DNA of 61,969 nt, counting the filler, from Candidatus Woesearchaeota archaeon (GTDB lineage: Archaea > Nanobdellota > Nanobdellia > Woesearchaeales > BM511): NCBI GenBank assembly GCA_023266675.1. It is 5 parts of 5 records of this genome, joined end to end, with 100 filler letters (N's around TTAATTAATTAA, not from the genome) between each part and the next. Parts side by side here need not be neighbours in the genome. Positions count along the whole stretch, not along the records: positions 8,606 to 17,061 come from JAHFPP010000059.1; positions 17,162 to 25,453 come from JAHFPP010000060.1; 3 more parts are not named here. One strand, written 5' to 3'. Under the pieces are notes generated by a model. It was not told the origin of the DNA, did no database searches, and worked only from the letters and a program-made list of their open reading frames with translations. The translations under genes and the position numbers were made by a program. Each line of letters opens with the position of its first letter. The stretch's first letter is position 1. Below, in pieces: positions 10,479-19,685 of the stretch.

Positions 10479-10649
10479 CTACAAGTCCTTTGCCATGACT
10501 GTTTTTCTGTGATTTGCTTCTGCACGCTCAATTGAACGCTTGATTAAGTCTCTGACTGCTTTGTCAAGTGCATCAACATAATCACCTGAAATCTGATAGT
10601 TTACTACAACTTCTTTTAACTTAGCTTTTATAACAACATGGTCTGACAT
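10479..10649 (-). CDS. Small histone-fold protein (56 aa, short alpha3 type)
   Basis: MSDHVVIKAKLKEVVVNYQISGDYVDALDKAVRDLIKRSIERAEANHRKTVMAKDL; histone RKTV..xD motif; SD AGGAGG upstream; below the ORF-track cutoff. Confidence 0.85.
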   Translation of the reverse strand: MSDHVVIKAKLKEVVVNYQISGDYVDALDKAVRDLIKRSIERAEANHRKTVMAKDL

Positions 10650-10671
10650 TTTTATTCCTCCTTAATAGATT

Positions 10672-12387
10672 TTAATTGTGAGTATACCAAAAAACATATT
10701 TGTCGTCAACTTTTCTGTCAAAACGCACAAATCCAAAACGCTCAAACTGCAAGACGTCGTCAACTTTTAGTTTTGATATTGTTTTCTCTGCAAATCCTTC
10801 ACGCTTCTCATTGTCTGGAAGGAGTACTTCTGCTTTAACAATCTGTTTTTCGTCAAAAGGCAGCCAGTGTATTATCATGCAGCATCCTTCTTCCTTGTAT
10901 TTTTCGTATTCAAGTGAATCAAAATGAAAAGCATCTCCTTTTCTTGAAACATTCATGCAATCCATTAGTCGAAATATCTTGTCCTGAGGTATCTTTTCGT
11001 AATCCTTACTCGCAATATAAAAGTCTGTGTTTGTTTCAAAAGTCCTATATCCGAGTTTTAGGTTGTCTGGATGCAAAGGCATCTTAACGCTCATTGAAGG
11101 CGCGTCAATTACATTTATTTTTACAGGATTTTTCACAAAAGAGTATCTTTCTGAAATATGCTCAAGTATTTCTTTATTAAAAGAGTTTATTGTCTTGAAA
11201 AATTCACTTATTGCAACTGTTTTATCTGTCTTTGTTACGCCTATTCCAACTGCGAATTTTCGAAGCGCCGCTGCTTTGTATCCTCTTCGTTTTAGCGCAA
11301 GCAAGAATGGAAGTCTTATGTCGTCCCATCCGCTGTAAAGTCCTTCTTTTATTTTCAATCTTGTCTGTGTTGTTGAAAGGTCAAATCCGTCAAAGTTTAT
11401 TCGTCCTACGCTTATAGCTTCAGGTGTACTAAATCCAAATACTTTATGAATCATTTCCTGACGTAGAGCGTTATCTGCGTGATCTTTTGCACGCAATGTG
11501 TGAGTTACGCCAGTTTCCATGTCATCGACTGATACTGAGAAATTCATTAGAGGCCAGACTTTGTATTTTGTTCCCTGCATCGGATGTTCTGACTCATTTA
11601 TTCTCATTAAAGGGAAGTCTCTCATTGCAGGATTCTTATGTGTGATGTCTGACTTGAAACGCATCACGGCGTCACCCTGTTTATAGTAGTCAAACATCAT
11701 CTGGTATCGTTTTAATGATTCTTCAACACTAATATTTCTACAGGGGCAAGGTGTTGATGATGAGAGAAGACTTTTGAAGAGTTCCTGTTCACAAGTACAA
11801 ATATATGCTGCATTCTTTTCTATAAGTTCCTTTGCACGAGTATAGTAAATATTAAGTCGTTCTGACTGAATTAGTATATTTTTCTTTTTTATGCTATCGT
11901 CACACAGCCAGTTGGCGTCAAGCGGTATCTGTGTATAAGCAATTTTGTCAATATTTTCCGGATTTGTATCTTCGATTCTTAATAATAGTTCTCCGCCGTA
12001 CTTTTTTATGTATTCATAATTAAGTGATAGAACATAAGCGTGCCCTATATGCATTGGACCCGATGGGGATGGTGCAAAACGCATTACAACTTTGCCGTTT
12101 ACGTTTGGCAGATCCTTTAGTCCTTCTTTTTTTTCGTGAACTTTTTCTTCAAGAGCATCTGGATACTTTTCTTCAACCATCGCTTTCTGTGATTCAATAT
12201 TCATAGAATTTACTTCTGCAACAATTTTTTGTATTAGCGGATTTATCGTTTTAAGATTGTTTTTTACAGTAGGGTCATCTTTCATCAAGTGTCCGATTAT
12301 TGTGCCAGGATTTGCCTTGCCGCCAAATTTCAAAGCGTTAATAAGCGCATATTTTCTTATATTTTCTTCCATTTCCATAATGAGCAT
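10672..12387 (-). CDS. gltX: Glutamate--tRNA ligase (archaeal type)
   Basis: RFAPSPSGPMHIGH, LRIEDTNP, GWDDIRL, QFERFGF. Confidence 0.97.
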   Translation of the reverse strand: MLIMEMEENIRKYALINALKFGGKANPGTIIGHLMKDDPTVKNNLKTINPLIQKIVAEVNSMNIESQKAMVEEKYPDALEEKVHEKKEGLKDLPNVNGKVVMRFAPSPSGPMHIGHAYVLSLNYEYIKKYGGELLLRIEDTNPENIDKIAYTQIPLDANWLCDDSIKKKNILIQSERLNIYYTRAKELIEKNAAYICTCEQELFKSLLSSSTPCPCRNISVEESLKRYQMMFDYYKQGDAVMRFKSDITHKNPAMRDFPLMRINESEHPMQGTKYKVWPLMNFSVSVDDMETGVTHTLRAKDHADNALRQEMIHKVFGFSTPEAISVGRINFDGFDLSTTQTRLKIKEGLYSGWDDIRLPFLLALKRRGYKAAALRKFAVGIGVTKTDKTVAISEFFKTINSFNKEILEHISERYSFVKNPVKINVIDAPSMSVKMPLHPDNLKLGYRTFETNTDFYIASKDYEKIPQDKIFRLMDCMNVSRKGDAFHFDSLEYEKYKEEGCCMIIHWLPFDEKQIVKAEVLLPDNEKREGFAEKTISKLKVDDVLQFERFGFVRFDRKVDDKYVFWYTHN

Positions 12388-12420
12388 AAAACAAGAGTTA
12401 TTTATAAAGATTTAGAATAT

Positions 12421-12801
12421 TCACTTCACAAACTCAACATTATCAAACTTCTCAAATTCCTTGTCTCCAGTCAAGAACTTAATTCCGAATTTTAAGGAGA
12501 TGGCATATCCTATGCAGTCAGTCATTGAAAGATTAATTTTTTTATGTTTGTTCTTAAATTCCGCTGCAACTTTTATCTCATCTCTACTAAAATCAACAAT
12601 ATAGAGATACCCTTTCTCAAGAAACTCCTCAGCTTGAGAGAATTTGTTATTTTTTATAAGACTATAATAGACTTCAAAAATATTTAATTTTGAGGTTATA
12701 ATCTCATAACCAGTATATTTTTTATATAACGGATTACCATTTGTTATTTCAATCAATGCATATGAATCAAAAAAGAAAGCATTAGTCATCGTATAATTCA
12801 C
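12421..12801 (-). CDS. vapC: PIN-domain toxin VapC
   Basis: FFDSYALIE, LSMTDC, LTGDKEF acidic PIN residues. Confidence 0.9.
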   Translation of the reverse strand: MNYTMTNAFFFDSYALIEITNGNPLYKKYTGYEIITSKLNIFEVYYSLIKNNKFSQAEEFLEKGYLYIVDFSRDEIKVAAEFKNKHKKINLSMTDCIGYAISLKFGIKFLTGDKEFEKFDNVEFVK

Positions 12802-13006
12802 GCCTCAACCCATCTTTCATCTTCTGCGCATTAATCTTGCTTCCTTTCATCATACCAAACATGCTTTTCATTGCGGCATTGTCTTTTATCATTAAAAATT
12901 TCACCTTATCGTTTATTTTTAGATTTTCTTCTTCTATTAAATCCATAGGGATTATTACTCCATATGAGTTTCCCCATTTCTTTATTACTCCTTCAACTTC
13001 AGCCAT
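12782..13006 (-). CDS. vapB: AbrB/MazE-type antitoxin VapB
   Basis: KKWGNSYGVIIP; directly upstream of and overlapping the PIN gene. Confidence 0.9.
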   Translation of the reverse strand: MAEVEGVIKKWGNSYGVIIPMDLIEEENLKINDKVKFLMIKDNAAMKSMFGMMKGSKINAQKMKDGLRRELYDD

Positions 13007-13084
13007 ATATAATCACCAAGTTATACAATGTATAACTAATATTTAAAGTTTTGGCTTTAAGTTATAAAAAATAAGAAACTCCCA

Positions 13085-13123
13085 TTTATATACCTCATGT
13101 GAGAATGTCCAGTGTCCAGTGGG
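13085..13123 (-). promoter_or_regulatory. TATA plus TGTCCAGTG-repeat module, copy upstream of vapBC
   Basis: TTTATATACCTCA..TGTCCAGTGTCCAGTG, similar to 15326-15355 and 32449-32485. Confidence 0.55.
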
Positions 13124-13151
13124 CCGCAAAAAACAAAAGTTATATAGAATT

Positions 13152-13403
13152 TTACCGGTGCGGACATCCTGGCCAGCAGCAAGGTCTGCGTTTTCCTTTT
13201 AGCATATTTGTGCTTACCCGCGTTATATGCTGCTTTCTTGTCTCTGGTTTCTTTACTGATGTAACCCAACAAATCCACTCGTTTCGTGCAAGCGGTGTAA
13301 GACCATTCCATGCAGCTAAAACAGTTTTAGATGAAGTCAATTCTTTTCGCAAGTCTTCTGGAACTTTGTGAACAACCCCTGATAATAAGTCTTTATTTGC
13401 CAT
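13152..13403 (-). CDS. YdeI/OmpD-associated family protein
   Basis: VPEDL...WNGLTPLARNEWICWVTSVKKPETR...RPCCWPGC. Confidence 0.85.
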   Translation of the reverse strand: MANKDLLSGVVHKVPEDLRKELTSSKTVLAAWNGLTPLARNEWICWVTSVKKPETRKQHITRVSTNMLKGKRRPCCWPGCPHR

Positions 13404-13549
13404 AAGATTATTCTTGTAAATCTCTTATATATAATTTTTCTTAAATAAAAAATGTCATCTTTGATTTAAACACTAAGAGAACGCTATTAGAATTTTTTAT
13501 AAATATTTAAAAAAAAGATTATAGGAAGTAGTTAGATAAAAAGAGATAT

Positions 13550-13804
13550 TTATTTATGATATTTAATCCACATCTTCTTGAAAAATTGCAAAGAAAGTGT
13601 CGACAATAAGAATCCTAATGTTGGAACTAGTGAGTTAATAAATGGTTTTGGCAGATTAGCGTAAAAAAAGAATAACACGATTACAATATATGTCAGTACA
13701 GCAATTATTAGTTTTCTAAACCAGCTTGTTTCCCATGATTTATCTAATTCAACTTTCTTGTTTCTTTCTTCAATAAACTCCACACGTTTAGTCAGGTCAG
13801 TCAT
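13550..13804 (-). CDS. Small membrane protein
   Basis: Two hydrophobic segments; coupled to the nspC stop. Confidence 0.7.
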   Translation of the reverse strand: MTDLTKRVEFIEERNKKVELDKSWETSWFRKLIIAVLTYIVIVLFFFYANLPKPFINSLVPTLGFLLSTLSLQFFKKMWIKYHK

Positions 13805-15003
13805 CCAAGCCTCTCCTTGAAATCTTTGTAGCCAAATTTCTTTACAAGTTTAATCTGACCTGATTTTTTGTAGTTGTATATTGATGGGAGTCCGACTCCG
13901 TTGAAAGTGTTATTTTTCACCATCGTGTAGATTGCCATGTTGCAGAATATAAGTTTTTGACCGACAACAAGAGGCTTTTCAAAAGAATAGTCGCCAATTA
14001 CGTCGCCAGATAAACATGTTGGTCCGCCAAGGCGGTAAGTGAACTTTTGTTTTCCTGGAGCGCTTGCCTCGATTATTGTTGGCCTGTAAGGCATCTCAAT
14101 TACATCAGGCACGTGATTTGATGCTGACATATCAAGTATCACAACATCAACTCCAAAACTCATCTTTTTTATGTCAATTACTGACGCGACAAGAAGACCT
14201 GCATTAAGCGCTACAGCTTCGCCTGGCTCAAGTATTACCTGTTTTTTGTATTTTTTCTTAAAGTCATTAACTAAAGTTACAAGCTTTTCAACATCGTAAT
14301 CGTTTCGAGTGATATGGTGTCCGCCGCCAAAATTAACCCATTTTATGTTTGGTAGAGAAATATATTCTCCGAATTTTTCTTCAACATGCTTTAAAACTCT
14401 TTCAAGCGTGTCTGAATTTTCTTCGCAGAGAACGTGAAAGTGAATTCCTGATATTATTGACAAATCCTTGTCTTTAAGCTCGTATGATTTTAGTCCAAAG
14501 CGTGACATCTTTCCAGCTGGGTTATACATGTCGCACTCTATCTCTGAATATTCAGGATTTATTCTTATTCCAAACTCTACATTCTTCGCCTTTTTCATTA
14601 ATGGCTTGAAGCGTTCAAGCTGTGAAAACGAGTTTAGTATTATGTGGTCTGAAATTTTTAGAAGTTGATTGAAATCCTTATCGCTGTACGCTGGTCCGTA
14701 GATGTGGATTTCCTTCTTGAATTCTTCGCGCCCAAGTTTTGCTTCAAAAATCCCTGATGCACATACGCCATCAAGATATTTTCTTATTAAGGGATAATAA
14801 TGAAAGCTTGAAAACCCTTTTTGAGCCAATAGAATCTTGCAGCCTGTTCTTTTTTTTACGCTTGCAAGAATTTTTAGATTTCTTTCAAGCGAATCCTCAT
14901 CAACGACGTAGCACGGCGTCTCAAGTTTATTCAAATTAAGCTTTCTGACTCTCTTTAAGTCATGCATTTCCCACGGCGGGATAAATATCTCCTTGTCGCT
15001 CAT
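13801..15003 (-). CDS. nspC: Carboxynorspermidine decarboxylase
   Basis: TPCYVVDE, LLAQKGFS (PLP Lys), HFHVLCE, NFGGGHHITR, EPGEA, CLSGD, YTMVKNNTFNG. Confidence 0.95.
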   Translation of the reverse strand: MSDKEIFIPPWEMHDLKRVRKLNLNKLETPCYVVDEDSLERNLKILASVKKRTGCKILLAQKGFSSFHYYPLIRKYLDGVCASGIFEAKLGREEFKKEIHIYGPAYSDKDFNQLLKISDHIILNSFSQLERFKPLMKKAKNVEFGIRINPEYSEIECDMYNPAGKMSRFGLKSYELKDKDLSIISGIHFHVLCEENSDTLERVLKHVEEKFGEYISLPNIKWVNFGGGHHITRNDYDVEKLVTLVNDFKKKYKKQVILEPGEAVALNAGLLVASVIDIKKMSFGVDVVILDMSASNHVPDVIEMPYRPTIIEASAPGKQKFTYRLGGPTCLSGDVIGDYSFEKPLVVGQKLIFCNMAIYTMVKNNTFNGVGLPSIYNYKKSGQIKLVKKFGYKDFKERLG

Positions 15004-15058
15004 TTAGATAACGTTATCGTCACTATTTTTATATATTTGTATTCTAATAAAATAAATG

Positions 15059-15171
15059 CGCCGAGGCCGGGAGTTTCACCCGAACACGTTAAGTGTTGCA
15101 GAATTTGAACCCGGAAGGCGTTAGCCAGAGGAGTTTCAAACCTCCACAATACCTAGTTATGTGACCTCGGC
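15059..15171 (-). tRNA. Class II (Ser-type body) tRNA with GAA at 34-36; 31-nt BHB intron at 59/60 (15073-15103)
   Basis: Acceptor GCCGAGG/CCTCGGC-G73, D stem ACA/TGT, anticodon arm GAGGT-TTGAAAC-TCCTC, V arm GGC-TAAC-GCC, T stem CCGGG/CCCGG, BHB helix TTCA/TGAA with 3-nt bulges. Confidence 0.88.
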
Positions 15172-15220
15172 ATCATAATGAAAATATAATTTTCAAACTT
15201 TACCTTTCGGCAAAGTATCG

Positions 15221-15400
15221 ACACAAATTTTATATACTCTAACACCATCATAAGCTTTGGAGTTTCAAACCAATACAATATCAGGTCATGTGACCTTTTT
15301 TCTTTTTTTAATTATGGAGAATCAGTTTATATACCTCACGCGTCCATGTCCAGTGGGTTTTTTATAGGTTTATTGTCAACAAATAGATGTCCAGTGAGGA
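15221..15400 (-). repeat. ~190-bp upstream module shared with the tRNA at 32092-32326
   Basis: ACACAAATTTTATATACT and TTTATATACCTCACGCGTCCATGTCC are identical at 32337 and 32449; TGTCCAGTG repeats. Confidence 0.85.
15259..15296 (-). pseudogene. Degenerate copy of the 5' half of the adjacent tRNA
   Basis: GGAGTTTCAAACCAATACAATATCAGGTCATGTGACCT vs tRNA GGAGTTTCAAACCTCCACAATACCTAGTTATGTGACCT. Confidence 0.75.
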
Positions 15401-15505
15401 TAGAAACCCACGTTTAATAAGTGGTTAAGTTCAATATGACTCAGTTAATATGGAGATTAAAAAATTTAAAAAAAGTTTATATAGTTTACAAACAAATTTA
15501 TTAAA

Positions 15506-15973
15506 ATGATTACATTAGATGTATTAGTATTTCTAATCTGGGCTCCCATCTTCTTAAGTTTATGGTGTTTAGGAGTTTATTATTGGTTTCGAAGTGTAAT
15601 ATTTGGTTATAAATTAAAAAAAAGGATTAACATTCTTGATTCTTCTATTCCATTTGCATTTTTCATTTTTTTCAATAAACATTCTTTATCCAGAGCATAT
15701 GCTCGTCAATTAAGTAGTAGCTCTCGATTTCTTAAGGTAATCACTTCCTTTGGAGACAAAAAGAAGATTGAAATTTGGTTGGACAATTTTATGGATGTAA
15801 AAGCAATAAGAAACCTTAAGGATGGTCTAACAAATAAATATTTAGACAATATCATCAAGTCTATATCTCTGTTTACTAGAGTATGGTTTTTAGGATTTTT
15901 TGGTTCAATTGTTATTTTTCTAGTTGTTGGTTTAATAATAAAAATTTTTAACTTACCGGTTTCATTTCAATAA
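15506..15973 (+). CDS. Hypothetical membrane protein
   Basis: 155-aa ORF with hydrophobic N- and C-terminal helices and an upstream TATA. Confidence 0.65.
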   Translation: MITLDVLVFLIWAPIFLSLWCLGVYYWFRSVIFGYKLKKRINILDSSIPFAFFIFFNKHSLSRAYARQLSSSSRFLKVITSFGDKKKIEIWLDNFMDVKAIRNLKDGLTNKYLDNIIKSISLFTRVWFLGFFGSIVIFLVVGLIIKIFNLPVSFQ

Positions 15974-16172
15974 GTGTAAATATAAAAAACTCAAAATCGA
16001 ATAAATCTGTTTTTTACAAAAACTTATCAAACCGTAGACATCTTCAAATATTAAGAATACAATAATAAAATTATAAGTTTAGGACAAAAATTTACCCAAA
16101 TTTATATGATAGGAGAAACTAATAAAGTTATTCAAGTTTAGTTATTAGCTAATAAAAGAATAATAAAAAATC

Positions 16173-17060
16173 CTAAATCTTATCCGGCAATTGTTTGTAG
16201 TCGACTATCTTCCATGGAAGTCCATGCTTGCTAAGTTTTTCCAGGAATAAGTCTGGGTCTAGCTGTTCAACGTTGTAAACACCTTTTCCAGTCCAGACTC
16301 CAGTCATCATCATCATTGCGCCTATCATTGTTGGAACGCCTGTTGTGTAAGAAATTGCCTGTGCGTTTATTTCCTTGTAGCACTCTGCGTGGTCGCAGAC
16401 GTTGTAAATGTAGACTGTTTTCTTTTTACCGTTTTTAACACCTGTGATTATGTTTCCTATCACTGTTTTTCCTGTGTAGTTTTGCGCAAGACTTTGCGGG
16501 TCTGGAAGAAGTGCCTTTAAGAATTTTATTGGCACGATTTTATGGCCTTCAAATTCTACTTCGTCAATCCTTGTTATTCCTATGTTTTCCATTACTCTTA
16601 AATGATTTAGATAGTTCTCGCCAAACGTCATAAAGAATCTTATTCGTTTTAGCCCCTTAATGTTTTTAACCAGTGACTCAAGCTCTTCATGGTATAAGAG
16701 GTAGCTTTCTTTTTTTCCAACAATTGGGTAATTAAATGTGAAATGCAGACTTTTAGAGTCCATAATTGCTGGCGTTTCAATCCATTTGCCGTTTTCCCAG
16801 TGCCGTACAATCTGTGTTACTTCTCTAATGTTTATCTCAGGGTTGAAGTTTGTTGCAAAAGCGTGTCCGTGGTTTCCTGCATTGCAGTCAAGAATATCTA
16901 TGTAGTGAATCTCATCAAAAATATTTTTTTGCGCGTAAGCGGAGAACACGTTTGTGACTCCAGGGTCAAATCCGCAGCCAAGCAGAGCCATGAGTCCTTT
17001 TTTTCTGAATTTTTCCTGGTACGCCCATTGCCATTTGTATTCAAACTTTGCAATGTCTTT
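16173..17060 (-). CDS. Carboxynorspermidine synthase (saccharopine dehydrogenase family), 5' truncated
   Basis: GCGFDPGVTN, DCNAGNHG, FATNFNPEINIRE, YHEELESL, SYTTGVP; close to nspC. Confidence 0.93.
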   Translation of the reverse strand, partial: KDIAKFEYKWQWAYQEKFRKKGLMALLGCGFDPGVTNVFSAYAQKNIFDEIHYIDILDCNAGNHGHAFATNFNPEINIREVTQIVRHWENGKWIETPAIMDSKSLHFTFNYPIVGKKESYLLYHEELESLVKNIKGLKRIRFFMTFGENYLNHLRVMENIGITRIDEVEFEGHKIVPIKFLKALLPDPQSLAQNYTGKTVIGNIITGVKNGKKKTVYIYNVCDHAECYKEINAQAISYTTGVPTMIGAMMMMTGVWTGKGVYNVEQLDPDLFLEKLSKHGLPWKIVDYKQLPDKI

Positions 17061-17061
17061 T

Positions 17062-17161
17062 NNNNNNNNNNNNNNNNNNNNNNNNNNNNNNNNNNNNNNN
17101 NNNNNTTAATTAATTAANNNNNNNNNNNNNNNNNNNNNNNNNNNNNNNNNNNNNNNNNNNN
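17062..17161. other. Artificial contig linker
   Basis: N44-TTAATTAATTAA-N44. Confidence 0.98.
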
Positions 17162-17451
17162 GTTTTTGCAAGCTCTTTAAATGATTCCAAAACCTCTGGC
17201 GCGTATTTTTCAAACTGGTCAAGCGCGACACCAGATATGCTGTATGAAACCCTAAATTTTCCGTTTGTGTTTCTTATCAGGTCAAGTATCACTTTGTTTG
17301 TCGGAAGATAACACTTATACGCAACTTTTCTGCACACTTCACTGTTTTTGTGCTCGTCAAAATACTCATGATCATGACCGATGTCAAAAATATTGTATTT
17401 CTTTATACGAAAAGGCTGGTGAACCTGAAAATAGAAGCACACTGAAACCAT
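17162..17451 (-). CDS. GH57 alpha-amylase, N-terminal fragment
   Basis: FYFQVHQPFR, CYLPTN, SISG...DQFE. Confidence 0.9.
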
Positions 17452-18690
17452 TTAGACACACCCGAAATTTCCTGTTAAAACCTGATTGTAAATATCAATT
17501 GTTTTTCTTGCAGGGTCGTCAAGATTGAATTTCATGGATTCCCTATTTGAATTTTCTCTTAGCTCATTATACATCGTTTTGTATTTTAGACTCCCAACAA
17601 TTTTGTTTGCCATATCATTTACATCCCAAAAATCACTTTTTAGAGCATTTGTAACAACTTCAGAAACGCCAGACTGCTTTGAAATAAGAATAGGTGTGCC
17701 GTTCTTTATGCTCTCAAGCGCCACAAGTCCAAAAGGCTCTGAAACAGACGGCATGACATATAAATCTGCCATTTTAAAAGCTTTATGGACATCTTTCCCT
17801 TCTAAAAATCCTGTGAAAAGCATGTTGTGAGAAATTCCAAGTTCAGCGCTCCTTTCAATCATACGCGCAAGCATGTCGCCTGTTCCTGCCATAACAAATT
17901 TTGTGTTTGGAACAAAATCAAGAACTTTTCTTGCAGTTTCAACAAAATAATCAGGGCCTTTCTGCATGGTCATTCGCCCTAAAAACAATACAATGTTTCC
18001 ATTCTCAGACATCTTGCTTTCATAACTTTCATAATAATGAGGGTTATCGGTGTCAATTCCCCAGTGTACAACTTTAATTTTATCAGGACTAATCATATAA
18101 TTTTTCATTACGTTTTGCTTTGTGTATTCGCTGTTTGCAATTATGACGTCCGCAGCTTTTAGTCCTTCATATTCAGTTTTGCTTATCTGGTTGTTTGGGT
18201 TTCCGCCTGTTCTGTCAAACTCTGTTGCGTGAATATGGCAAACAAGCGGTTTTCCTGAGATTTTTCTTGCGTTAATACCTGCCTGATAAGCCATCCAGTC
18301 ATGCGCATGAATTACATCATGAGGTTCTTCCCTTGCAATAATTTCAGCTATCTTTGAGAATCTTTCAACTTCCTGATAAAGGTCTTTTCCATAAACATTG
18401 TCCCCTTTAGTTCCAAGAATCTTGTATCTGTTTGACATTTCAGAATACGACTCGCTTGTGTTGTAAGCAGTAAGTATAGAATCGACTTTTCTAATTTTTA
18501 CATTTTTCATATAATTATTTGTACCAATTATCTTTACAAAATCAGTGTTTGCGCCACTAGGTGCCTTTGGCATTACAAATGTGACTTCAACGCCATTTCT
18601 AGAAAGACCTTTAGTTAAGTCATAACATGCTGTACCAAGCCCACCGCTTTTAAACGGAGGGAATTCCCACCCAAACATCAACACTTTCAT
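17452..18690 (-). CDS. GT4 glycosyltransferase (glycogen synthase-like)
   Basis: GWEFPPFKSGGLG, HAHDW, HATEFDR, QKGP, SEPFGLVALE; adjacent to GH57. Confidence 0.9.
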   Translation of the reverse strand: MKVLMFGWEFPPFKSGGLGTACYDLTKGLSRNGVEVTFVMPKAPSGANTDFVKIIGTNNYMKNVKIRKVDSILTAYNTSESYSEMSNRYKILGTKGDNVYGKDLYQEVERFSKIAEIIAREEPHDVIHAHDWMAYQAGINARKISGKPLVCHIHATEFDRTGGNPNNQISKTEYEGLKAADVIIANSEYTKQNVMKNYMISPDKIKVVHWGIDTDNPHYYESYESKMSENGNIVLFLGRMTMQKGPDYFVETARKVLDFVPNTKFVMAGTGDMLARMIERSAELGISHNMLFTGFLEGKDVHKAFKMADLYVMPSVSEPFGLVALESIKNGTPILISKQSGVSEVVTNALKSDFWDVNDMANKIVGSLKYKTMYNELRENSNRESMKFNLDDPARKTIDIYNQVLTGNFGCV

Positions 18691-19025
18691 TTTTAAGTTA
18701 ACATACCCTTCTCTATTTGCCGTTTTACAAATCGTAGTTTAGAAAAGAATATTGTTTATCTGCACCCCTTATTTCTAATATTAATAATCCCACATTAAGT
18801 ATTTTATGCATATTTTTTGATATAATAAAATAAAAAATCAATATTTCTTTTATTTTATTAATTTCTTATTCTAAAAATGTGAGACAACTCCTATATAAAC
18901 ATTATGATTATTCGTCTAAATTTATACTAATTAATTAATAAGTTAACTAATTTAGTATATACTTTATAGTTATATATTTTCTAAATGAAAAAGTTTATAT
19001 ATAAGTTATCCTCTAAAAAAGGCTT

Positions 19026-19685
19026 ATGGAACTCGAATTGTTTTTCTCAAATTCTAAATGGGAAATATTGGTTGAACTATCAAAAGAAGCAAAGTCACCG
19101 CTTGAATTATCAGCTATATTCAAAACCTCAGTCGCAAATATCTCCCAGCAGCTAAGATTAATGGAAGCAGCCGGCGTAATTGGAAAAACAAAAACTACTA
19201 ATTTTGAAAAAGGAAAACCAAGAACATTGTATCATGTTAAGGAAGAGATACTATACGTTGTGCGCCTTGGCAAAAATGTTGCGTCAAAACAAGTTCTTAA
19301 AAGAGACCCGTTTACATCATATATATTAACAGTGCTTTCAGCAATACCCAAAAAAGACCAGTTTTTTCTTTCAAAATTCTTCTGTGACAATTCTGACATA
19401 CTAACCGAGTCTTCAATTGGTCTCTTCAAAAACCAGGACAAATCAATTGAACTTTTCATAATAACAGAAAAACTGGATGAAGCAAGAAAAAGGATATCAA
19501 ACTATAACCTTACAAATTCCAATGGAACAGCAAGGATTATTGTCTGCTGGTCCCATAACACTTTTGAAACAGCGCAGGGATTAAAGAACAATGACCCTCA
19601 CTTTGTAAATTTGGTAAAGGATTCTGCGGTATTACTTGATGAAAAAGGGGCGCTTGAAAAATTCAAGGAGAGTCTGAAACGATGA
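19026..19685 (+). CDS. ArsR-like winged-helix regulator with C-terminal domain
   Basis: SPLELS...TSVANISQQLRLMEAAG...GKPRTLY. Confidence 0.75.
   Translation: MELELFFSNSKWEILVELSKEAKSPLELSAIFKTSVANISQQLRLMEAAGVIGKTKTTNFEKGKPRTLYHVKEEILYVVRLGKNVASKQVLKRDPFTSYILTVLSAIPKKDQFFLSKFFCDNSDILTESSIGLFKNQDKSIELFIITEKLDEARKRISNYNLTNSNGTARIIVCWSHNTFETAQGLKNNDPHFVNLVKDSAVLLDEKGALEKFKESLKR

Noticed and set aside
10430..10531. Track start for the surface protein at 10531
   Set aside because: Overlaps the histone gene; the ATG at 10429 gives a proper signal peptide.
15131..15143. Plus-strand TTCA loop suggesting tRNA-Sec or an opal suppressor
   Set aside because: T arm, D arm and acceptor polarity place the gene on the minus strand.
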